Assembly: GCA_003244205.1 (NCBI GenBank)
Contig: QHBW01000089.1
Span: 49 to 64,048 of the forward strand
Length of the DNA: 64,000 bases
Reading direction: 5' to 3'
Source of the DNA: Solirubrobacterales bacterium
GTDB taxonomy: Bacteria; Actinomycetota; Thermoleophilia; Solirubrobacterales; Solirubrobacteraceae
Positions 51,203-59,142 of this stretch are shown piece by piece. The notes under the pieces are model-generated. The model was not told the DNA's origin. It was given only the letters and a program-made list of their open reading frames with translations, and did no database searches. The translations under genes and the position numbers were made by a program. The number at the start of each line of letters is the position of its first letter. Positions within the stretch are counted from its first letter, which is position 1.

Positions 51203-52050
51203 TCAGGAGGGCTTGGCCTCTCTGGCGAGCAGAGTCGCCACCGCCTGCTGGTGGGCGGCGGTGGTGAAGCACTGCGGCTCGACGAACTCTTCCATCGCGA
51301 TCGCCTGCTCCCACGTCATGTCGGCGGCCTGCCTGAGAAGCGGCTTCATCATCGTGGTGACGTGGCCGGGCAGCTCCTCGATGCGGTGACACCACTCCGT
51401 TGCCTCGTCGAGCAGCCGGTCGTGGGGCACGAGCGAGTTCCCAGGCCGCGCTCGACGGCTTCCTCGCCGTTGAGGATGCGGCCGCTGGCGTAGAGCTCGA
51501 ACGTGCGCTGGTAGCCGAGCCGGCGGGTGAGCAGCCAGCTCGAGCCGACCTCTGGCAGCAGGCCGATGCGACCGAACGCGGGCACGAAACGGGCGCGCTC
51601 GGAGACGAGGACCAGATCGCACGCCAGCGCGAAGGCGAGGCCGACGCCGGCGGCCGCGCCGTTGACTGCGGCGATGAAGGTCTTGTCGGTGCGTGTGATG
51701 AGACGGGCGATCGCGCCGAACTCCATACGGATCCAGCGCCAGATCTCGGGGGCGCCGCCGGGTTGGGCGAGCATCGGTGCGGCGGTCTCGGCCATCAGTC
51801 GCAGGTCTCCGCCGGCGGAGAAGGCGGGGTCGGTGCCGGTGAGCACGACCGCTCTGATGCTCTCGTCGCGGGCGAGGCTCTCGAGGGTCTCCCGCAAGCG
51901 GACGGTGAGCTCGGCGCTCAGCGGGTTGAGCTTGTCGGGATCGTTCATCGTCACGAGCGCGTGCGCGGCGCCGGGGTCGCGCTGCAGCAATACGAGCTCG
52001 GAGTCCCGTGCGCGCGCCTCGGCCACGGTTTCCGCATACGTTGCGGCCAT
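51203..52050 (-). pseudogene. enoyl-CoA hydratase/isomerase family gene with a single-base frameshift
   Basis: The N-terminal 210 aa are in the frame of ORF 51349..52659 (from ATG 52050; GTDPAFSAGGDL, AAVNGAAAGVG). The C-terminal 75 aa are in the frame of ORF 51203..51622 (NSLVPHDRLLDEATEW...). The total length of 848 nt is one short of a multiple of 3. The break is at the GGG run (minus strand) at 51440-51442. Confidence 0.7.
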
Positions 52051-52055
52051 CTTGG

Positions 52056-52760
52056 TCAGCCTCTCTTGCTTGTTGGTTGGGGCGGTTGGGGCGGTTGGGG
52101 CGGTTGGGGCGGTTGGGGCGGTTGGGGCGCGAGCGCGACGGCGTCCCATGCCGCTTGTGCGAGGTGGCCCTCGGCCCGGCGGATGGAGCTCGCCATTCGG
52201 CCGTGCAGCCAGTGGCGTGCGAACTCCTGAGAGGGCCCGATCAGGATCACGTAGTAGAGGTCGGTCGGCAGCCGTCGGATGCGACCTGCTTCGACGTGCG
52301 CCTTCAGCCAGGCAGCCGTCTGCGAGAACGCCGCGCGATTGAGCTCGTGCACTGTCGATTCGGTGGTCGCGATGACCTCGCTCTCGTGACGATCGAAGAG
52401 AAAGCGGGCGAGGTCGGGGTTGGCGGCGACCCAGCGCAGGTGATGGCGCACCATCGCCCGCGTGCCCTGCTCGGCGTCGGCGTGCAGGCGCAGGGCGGCG
52501 AGCAGTCCCTCGTGGTAGCCCTCGAGCGCAGCGACGTATAGGGCGCCAGCAAGCTGCTCCTTGCCGGCGAAGTGGTGGTAGATCGAGCCCACGCTTGCGC
52601 CTGAGCGCCGGCGTACGTCGTCGATCGTCGTGGCGGTGAAGCCCTGCTCGGTGAAGCACTGGAGTGCGGCATCGAGGATCGCCGCCCGGCGGCGGTCGGA
52701 ATGCAGCTGACGAGTGGAGTGGCCCTGGGAGGGGACGGTCGCAGGCATGAGTAGAAGCAT
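52056..52760 (-). CDS. TetR/AcrR-family transcriptional regulator with (PQP)n C-terminal tail
   Basis: ORF 52056..52760. The HTH is FTATTIDDVRRRSGASVGSIYHHFAGKEQL. The tail APQPPQPPQPPQPPQPPQPTSKRG is encoded by the 9-bp repeat. Confidence 0.85.
   Translation of the reverse strand: MLLLMPATVPSQGHSTRQLHSDRRRAAILDAALQCFTEQGFTATTIDDVRRRSGASVGSIYHHFAGKEQLAGALYVAALEGYHEGLLAALRLHADAEQGTRAMVRHHLRWVAANPDLARFLFDRHESEVIATTESTVHELNRAAFSQTAAWLKAHVEAGRIRRLPTDLYYVILIGPSQEFARHWLHGRMASSIRRAEGHLAQAAWDAVALAPQPPQPPQPPQPPQPPQPTSKRG
52073..52126. repeat. 9-bp perfect tandem repeat x6 (GGTTGGGGC)
   Basis: Read directly. It is in frame within the TetR 3' end, about 23 nt upstream of the hydratase ATG. Confidence 0.95.
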
Positions 52761-52919
52761 ATTCTAGAGGAATGTTCTAGCCAGCGAGGAGCGCACATGC
52801 GCGTACGGGCGACCTGGCGCGTGAGCGCAAGTACGCGCACGGCGACCGGGCGCCGTTCCCCTCGAGGTCGCCGGCGAGGACCTACAATCGCCCTGCGGCG
52901 CCCCTGGATGGCGCCATCC

Positions 52920-52992
<73 letters not shown>

Positions 52993-53135
52993 CTGGCGAA
53001 TCCCCTGCAACAGGCGCGTTGTTTACGGGCTAAAGGCGGTGCGGTCGTCCAGCAGCCGGCTCTCTGGAAGCGCTATGGAAACCCGGGCGCCGGTCTGGCC
53101 GCTATGGGCGGACCGCTGGTGCGGCAGTGTTCAGA

Positions 53136-53858
53136 TCACGATCGTGACCGGCGTCGTGTGCGGCGGGTGCGTTTCACGGGTGCGCCGCCGTCGGCGCGAA
53201 GGCGGTAGCCGCTTCCACGTACGGTCTCGAGGCTGGTGAGCTTGAACGGCTCATCGATCTTCTTGCGCAGACTGCTAATGAAGACATCAACGACGTTGGA
53301 GCGATTGTCGTAGGCGTCGTCCCATCCCTGGTCGAGCAGAGCGACGCGACTCACGACCTCCCCTGGACGGCGCATGAAGATCTCTAAGAGGGTGAACTCT
53401 TTGGAGGTGAGGGCGATCTCCTCGTCATCGCGCCATACGCGACGGCTGGACTGCGCCAGCCGGAGCTCTCCGACGCTGAGCACGGGCAGCCGCTCGACAG
53501 GGCCGCGGCGTGAGAGTGCCCGCACCCGGGCGGCGAGCTCGGCGGGAGAGAAGGGCTTGGTCAGGTAGTCGTCTGCTCCACCGTCCAGCCCTGCGACTCG
53601 GTCGGTGATCGCGTCTCGAGCGGTGAGCATGAGCACCGGAGTTCGGATGTCACGGTCGCGAAGAAGCCTGCACGTCTCAAACCCGTCGATGCCTGGGAGC
53701 ATTACGTCGAGCAGGATGACGTCGTACTCGCTCGCCGCGGCCATCCAGAGCGCGTCTTCGCCGTTGATCGCCACCTCTGCCTGCAGCCCGTCGTTGCGCA
53801 GGGCGCGTCGAACGAGCGCCGCGAGCTTGACGTTGTCTTCGACGATTAGGACCCTCAT
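53136..53858 (-). CDS. OmpR/PhoB-family response regulator
   Basis: ORF 53136..53858. It has the receiver LLDVMLPGIDG with the phospho-Asp context, TKPF, and the winged helix RGSGYRL. Confidence 0.9.
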   Translation of the reverse strand: MRVLIVEDNVKLAALVRRALRNDGLQAEVAINGEDALWMAAASEYDVILLDVMLPGIDGFETCRLLRDRDIRTPVLMLTARDAITDRVAGLDGGADDYLTKPFSPAELAARVRALSRRGPVERLPVLSVGELRLAQSSRRVWRDDEEIALTSKEFTLLEIFMRRPGEVVSRVALLDQGWDDAYDNRSNVVDVFISSLRKKIDEPFKLTSLETVRGSGYRLRADGGAPVKRTRRTRRRSRS

Positions 53859-53942
53859 GCTCGGCGCCGCAGACGGTGGTGCGGCTCGGGAAGCCGCCCG
53901 CGAGGTGGGTGGCGGACGGCTTCCCAGGTGCTCCGCGCGGGG

Positions 53943-54317
53943 CTAGTTCTGGCCCTGCTGTTGGTTGTCGACGTTGCCGGCGGGGTCAGCGTGGCCACCG
54001 GGGCCGTCGCTGGGAGATGAGCTCTCGCTCGTGGCCGACTCAGGAGCCGTGCTCTCGCTCGTGCTCGACTCAGGAGACGTGCTCTCGCTCGTGCTGGCCT
54101 TGCTGGCCTTGGCGGTGTCCGGCGTGGTCTGGTCGCCGCTCTGCACGTTGTCTCTGTCCGGCCCGGTCGCCTTGGGCTCCGCCGCCGACGTTGACACGAC
54201 GGATGCCTTGTTGGCGTGCGTTGTGCTTGGACTCGCGCCGGCAAGAGCCGAGCCGCCAAGGGCGAGCGCGACGAGTCCGAGAACCGCGCCGGTGCCAACC
54301 GTGAATCGTTTGAACAT
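53943..54317 (-). CDS. small secreted Ser/Thr/Glu-rich protein (124 aa) between the kinase and regulator genes
   Basis: ATG 54317 (MFKRFTVGTGAVLGLVALALGGSALAG). It has a 30-bp coding repeat (STSESTSPES / STSESTAPES) and the tail SDGPGGHADPAGNVDNQQQGQN. Confidence 0.55.
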   Translation of the reverse strand: MFKRFTVGTGAVLGLVALALGGSALAGASPSTTHANKASVVSTSAAEPKATGPDRDNVQSGDQTTPDTAKASKASTSESTSPESSTSESTAPESATSESSSPSDGPGGHADPAGNVDNQQQGQN

Positions 54318-54456
54318 GGAGTGTGTCCTTTCTGGTGGGTGAACCATGCCCAACGCAGGCTAGGAGCCGCGCGTGAGATTCCGATGAAAGCGACATCGCC
54401 AGCACGGCGCACACGAGCTAGGGGGCCGCGCGGCGCGCGCGATGAGTGCGGTGAGC

Positions 54457-55878
54457 TCACGCACCACCGCCTCTGTTCGTGCTGTCCGTGTCCGGTATCG
54501 CGATCCACACATCGCCGCCGTTCGGACGGTTGGCGGCATGGGCCGTTCCGTCGTGGGCGGCCGCTACCGCGGCGACAATCGCCAGCCCCAACCCGGTCCC
54601 TTGCGTGCTACGGCCCGCCTCAGCCCTGCTGAACCTGTCAAAGGCGTGGGGGAGAAAACCGTCTGGAAAACCCGGGCCCTCATCCTCGACGTGCAACTCG
54701 ACTGCGTTGTCCGCCCGAGCTGCGCGAAGCGTGATCGATCCTTGCCCGTAACGCAGCGCGTTGTCAACCATGTTGGTCAGAGCCCGCTCGAGCCCGGCTC
54801 TGTCCGCCCGCAGCTCCAGGCCGTCGCTCGCAGATACCAGGATCTGGCGTCCGTGGCTGCGGCTTTGGATGGCACATCTCGCCTGCACGGAAGCGAATAA
54901 CTCGCGCACCGGCGTCCGCGTGCTCTCGGTTGCCGGTCGACCATCCCGGGAGATCAACAACAGATCCTCGGCCAGCTGGCCGAGGCGATCGGTCTCCTCC
55001 GCGGCGGATCGAAGCGTGCGTTCCAGTGAGCCTCGATCCTGGGGCGAGCTGAGTGCCAGTTCGAACTCCGCCTTAAGGATGGAGATTGGGGTTCGGAGCT
55101 CATGACTAGTGTCGGTAACAAACGTGCGTTCGCGGATCAATGCCCGCTCGAGGTGATCCAGCATTGAGTTCAGCGTCGTGCCCAGGCGTCCTAGCTCGTC
55201 GTCGGCCGGCACCACGGGTAGGCGCAGCCCCGGATAGGCCTCGTTTATCTCCTCGGCCCTGCGGCGCATGGACTCGACCGGTCTCAGCGCGGCTGCGACC
55301 GCCAGATATCCGGCCAGAGTCGCCAGGATCAGTGCCCCGGTACCTGCCAGCAGCAACAGTGCACGCAGGTTGCTCAGGGCGGCATTACGTTCGGCGAGCC
55401 CCGTGCCGACCACGACGATCAGAGCCTTTCCCTGTGCGTGGACCGGGACCGCCAGCAGCCGCACAGCCCCCTCCACGCCCGAGATCGATCCGTGGTCAAA
55501 AAAGCGCGCCGAGCCCTGGGCGAGCGCTCGCTCGCGAGCTGAGAGCGCTGGTGTCCGGCCGATTTGGGGCGTGGAATCAAAGATTGCGCCTCGGGCCTCG
55601 AGAATCTGAGCGAAGCCCTCACTACTCCTACGCAGCGGCGAGCCGCCCGATGAGCGCAGCCCAGAGTCGGCCTGCCGAACGAGCGCAATCACGTCACCGG
55701 CCCGCGAACGCAGCCCATCATCGATCGTGCGCCTCGTGACCGCGGCGAATCGCAGGTCCAAGAACACCCCGCTAGCCAGCAGGACCAGCGCAAGCACGCC
55801 ACCCAGGGTCAGGCTGACCCGCAAGCGGATCGGTGCCCGACGAATCAAGCGGGTGAATGTCACAACCCTCTTCGCCAT
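54457..55878 (-). CDS. sensor histidine kinase (TM-HAMP-HisKA-HATPase)
   Basis: Frame of ORF 54457..55950 from ATG 55878. It has the H-box TSHELRTPIS, the N-box NMVDNALRY, and the G-boxes EDEGPGF and GTGLGLAIV. Confidence 0.85.
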   Translation of the reverse strand: MAKRVVTFTRLIRRAPIRLRVSLTLGGVLALVLLASGVFLDLRFAAVTRRTIDDGLRSRAGDVIALVRQADSGLRSSGGSPLRRSSEGFAQILEARGAIFDSTPQIGRTPALSARERALAQGSARFFDHGSISGVEGAVRLLAVPVHAQGKALIVVVGTGLAERNAALSNLRALLLLAGTGALILATLAGYLAVAAALRPVESMRRRAEEINEAYPGLRLPVVPADDELGRLGTTLNSMLDHLERALIRERTFVTDTSHELRTPISILKAEFELALSSPQDRGSLERTLRSAAEETDRLGQLAEDLLLISRDGRPATESTRTPVRELFASVQARCAIQSRSHGRQILVSASDGLELRADRAGLERALTNMVDNALRYGQGSITLRAARADNAVELHVEDEGPGFPDGFLPHAFDRFSRAEAGRSTQGTGLGLAIVAAVAAAHDGTAHAANRPNGGDVWIAIPDTDSTNRGGGA

Positions 55879-56291
55879 CCTAGCCCGATTGCCGATTGTC
55901 TTCCCGAGTTGCCCGCGCCGGTCACCCTTTGAAGATTGTGACTGTCCCACAATCCGACTTATTGATTCGTTCAGCGGGCGGCGGGCTCACGAGAACTCGA
56001 CCAGCGTGATGCCCGAAGCAGCCGACGGAGGCAGGCCCACCCGCGGGCGCGAGAACGAACGCCCCACTTCGTTGTTCGCCAGGGCCGCCCGCGCCGCTTG
56101 GCGCCTGGATCCCTATTGGTGCGCATCGGCCGCTTGACGCGATCACGCCCGACCGCTTCGCCGGCGCGCCCCGGCGCCGATCACATCGAAACCGCGGATG
56201 TCGCTACTGTCCGGGAGCGTCGCAAGCCCAACACGCGCGCACACCTCCTCACGCTCTTCCGGGAACTCGCAGAGAAGGACCAGGTTGCGCC

Positions 56292-56580
56292 ATGAACGCT
56301 CCCGCGCCCGCACCGCCCGAGCCTGAACAGGGCAGCCAACCCAAGGCCACTCTCAAGCGCGTCGGGGTGGTGTCGCTGATGACGCTCGCCAGCGTGAACG
56401 TGTGGACTGGCAGCCCGTTGATGGCGCTGTGGGTCGGATCCAAGGTGCAGGGCAGCTACACCAACCTGAGCATGACTGCAGTCGCTGGAGCGCGTCCTCG
56501 TCGCGACCGTCGTGCTCGCGACCGTGACCTTTGAGGTGTGGTTCTTCTTCTTCGCCGGGTCGTCCATCGGCTCGAGTTGA
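56292..56580 (+). pseudogene. small two-TM membrane protein, apparently frameshifted
   Basis: ORF 56292..56534 codes VGVVSLMTLASVNVWTGSPLMALWVG and then turns Arg-rich. The +1 frame from about 56476 codes a clean TM, VLVATVVLATVTFEVWFFFFAG, ending at 56580. The total length is 3n+1. Confidence 0.3.
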
Positions 56581-56599
56581 CGCGACGGGACGAATCCAG

Positions 56600-57164
56600 G
56601 TGATCGAAACCACCAACCTGCCGCCGCAGCGGCTGGCGCTGCCATCGGATGCGTCGCGTGTGTCGCAACTGATGCGGGCCTCGGTGCGCGATCTGTTCCC
56701 GCACTTCTATGACGCCCGTCAATCCGCCAGTGCCGCGGTCTACATCGCTGATCTCGACATGCAGCTGATCGAGGACGGCACCTATTTCGTGCACGAGGTC
56801 GGTGACGAGATTGTCGCGTGCGGCGGTTGGAGCAGACGCAACAAGCTCTACACCGGGTCGGGCGCGGGAGACGACGATGACCGTCTGCTCGACCCCCGGA
56901 ACGAACCCGCGCGCGTGCGCGCCATGTTCGTCCGCAGCGACTGGACCCGGCGCGGTCTCGGCCGGGCGATCCTTGACTCCTGCGAGCGCGCCGCGCGCGA
57001 GGAGGGCTTCCAGACTCTCGTCCTGGGGGGCAACCCTGCCCGGCGAACCTCTCTACCGATCGTTCGGGTTTGCTGAGGTCGAGCGGTTCACGCTGACGAT
57101 GCCCGATGGCGTATCGATCGAGGGTGTCGCGATGCAACGCCATGTCACACACGCTCCCGCCTAG
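56600..57164 (+). pseudogene. GNAT-family N-acetyltransferase with a +1 frameshift in a G6 run
   Basis: Frame 1 (ORF 56531..57076) runs up to ...EEGFQTLVLG. Frame 2 (ORF 56802..57164) continues ATLPGEPLYRSFGFAEVERF... The motif A context is RRGLGRAIL. The break is at GGGGGG 57025-57030, and the length is 3n+1. Confidence 0.65.
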
Positions 57165-57167
57165 GTC

Positions 57168-57365
57168 TCACGCACGGAGGCGCTCCAGCGTCTGGGCGAT
57201 GCGGCGCGCACGGGTATCGGCGCGCTTGGCGTCTGCGTTGAGTGTGCCGGTGACGCGAAACCGACTACCGCCACCGAGGGATTCCAGTACCGCGCCCGGC
57301 AGGACGACGAAGGCACCACCGCCGCGGCCTGCCTCGAGCTTGCCCGTGAACCGCTGAGGAGCCAT
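57168..57365 (-). pseudogene. DUF1905 / YdeI-OmpD-associated family remnant (65 aa; internal segment apparently missing)
   Basis: MAPQRFTGKLEAGRGGGAFVVLPGAVLESLGGGSRFRVTGTLN (DUF1905 N-half) is joined directly to ADAKRADTRARRIAQTLERLRA (YdeI C-terminal signature). Confidence 0.4.
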
Positions 57366-57664
57366 GAGGCGACCGTAATCGGTCGAAGACCCGTCGGCGG
57401 CCTCGAGCAAGGTCTGCGTTCGGGCGCATCGGCCGTCGGTGCGCGCCCCAGGGCAGCGTCGGTACGACGGCAACGGTACCCGTAGCGCAGCTCCTCGACT
57501 ACGCCACGCCAAAGCGACGGCCCGATCGCCAGCCCGCCGATCAGGACGACGACCGAACCGCTACCACCGCTGTCCTCGTGCTCAAGCATCCCAGCCTCTA
57601 GCTCGATTTCAGGCCCGGGCCCTCCCAGAACTTTGATAGATCGCTCTAGCGGGAGAGTATCAGC

Positions 57665-59086
57665 TCAGGCGAGCAGCTCGCCCAGCTCACGCGCGACGGC
57701 CACCGCCAAACGCACGTCCTCGGGCGTCGTGCGGAAGTTCACGAAGCAGCCACGCAGACACGCTCGGTCATCGATCGTCGCCGGGGCGAGATAGACGCGT
57801 CCGTCGGCCTGAATCGCCCGCGCGAGGCGGAGATTGTGGGCATCGAGGTCTGCGACGCCCGGCGGCGTGTGGCGGAAGCAGACGGTCGAGAGCATCGGAC
57901 GATGCAGCATCTGAAATGCCGGGTCGGCGTCGATCAGGCTCGTGAACAGACGCGCGTTGTCGATCCCGCGCTGGATCCACACGCGCAGGGCGGCCGCGCC
58001 GTGCACGCGGAAGACGAGCCAGAGCTTCAGCGATCGCATCGGCCGCGAGTACTCCAGCGTGTGGTCGACTGGATTGGGGGCATCCTCGCGGTGGAGCAGG
58101 TACTTCTCGCGGTGGCCGAACGCGGCTTGCAGCACCTCCTCGTCCTGCACCAGCAGGACGCTGCAGCTCTTCGGTACCCCAAGCCACTTGTGGGCGTCGA
58201 GCGTGGCCGAGTCCACGCGGTCGATGCCGGCGAACAACGGCGCGGCGCTCGGCGTCGCTGCCGCCGGCAGACCGTAAGCGCCGTCGACGTGCAGCCAGAC
58301 GCTGCGGCGCTCGCAGATCGCCACCAGGTCGGCGATCGGGTCGACGGCTCCGGTGAGCGTCGTGCCGGCGGTGGCGATCACCGCGACGGGGTTGACGCCC
58401 GCTGCGAGGTCCTGCTCGAGCGCGCGCTCCAGCGCCTCGGGTACGAGCCGGCGCTCGCTGTCGATCGGCAGTCGGCGCACGCTTTCGGACCCCAGCCCGG
58501 CGACCTCGGCCGCTCGAATGATCGACTGGTGCGCCTCGCCCGAGCAGTACAGCGCCCCGGCCTGGGCCGAGACACCCGAGACTCGTGAGCCCGGCATCGC
58601 GCGCTCGCGGGCGGCGAGGATCGCGCTCAGGTTCGAGATCTGCCCGCCGCTCGTGAAGCCGCCGCAGGCACGGGGATGGCCAATGAACTCGGCCGTCCAG
58701 CGCGACGTCTGCGCCTCGAGGATCGCCGCTGCCGCCGAGTGGGCGGCGAGGTTGACGTCGTAGGTTGCGGCGAGCGCGTCGCCGACCGTCGCGGTCGCCA
58801 GACCAGTCGAGCCGACGTAGGCGAGGTTCAGCGGGCGCGCGGGGGAGATGCTGGCGTCGAGAACGCGCGCGGCGTCCTCGATCGCATCGGCCGGGTCGCC
58901 ACCATCCTCGGGCAGCGCGCCGGCGAGGCGACCGAGCAGGTCCTCGTCGAGCACCGACTCGCGCGGCCGTGCACGGTCAAACGAGCTCCATGCCGCGTTC
59001 ATCGCCTTGGCTGCGAGCCCGAGCAGCTCGGCACGCTGCGGCGCCGCGTCCGGTGCGGGGCCCGGGGCCTTTGACCGCTGATCCAC
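57665..59086 (-). CDS. group II pyridoxal-dependent decarboxylase
   Basis: ORF 57665..59086. SGGQISNL, HVDGAYG and the DAHKW PLP-lysine motif are present. Confidence 0.85.
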   Translation of the reverse strand: MDQRSKAPGPAPDAAPQRAELLGLAAKAMNAAWSSFDRARPRESVLDEDLLGRLAGALPEDGGDPADAIEDAARVLDASISPARPLNLAYVGSTGLATATVGDALAATYDVNLAAHSAAAAILEAQTSRWTAEFIGHPRACGGFTSGGQISNLSAILAARERAMPGSRVSGVSAQAGALYCSGEAHQSIIRAAEVAGLGSESVRRLPIDSERRLVPEALERALEQDLAAGVNPVAVIATAGTTLTGAVDPIADLVAICERRSVWLHVDGAYGLPAAATPSAAPLFAGIDRVDSATLDAHKWLGVPKSCSVLLVQDEEVLQAAFGHREKYLLHREDAPNPVDHTLEYSRPMRSLKLWLVFRVHGAAALRVWIQRGIDNARLFTSLIDADPAFQMLHRPMLSTVCFRHTPPGVADLDAHNLRLARAIQADGRVYLAPATIDDRACLRGCFVNFRTTPEDVRLAVAVARELGELLA

Positions 59087-59142
59087 GAATCGAGGCTAAC
59101 GCCCCTGCACGGTGAAGCGCACATCGGCGTAGGCTTGCCCGG

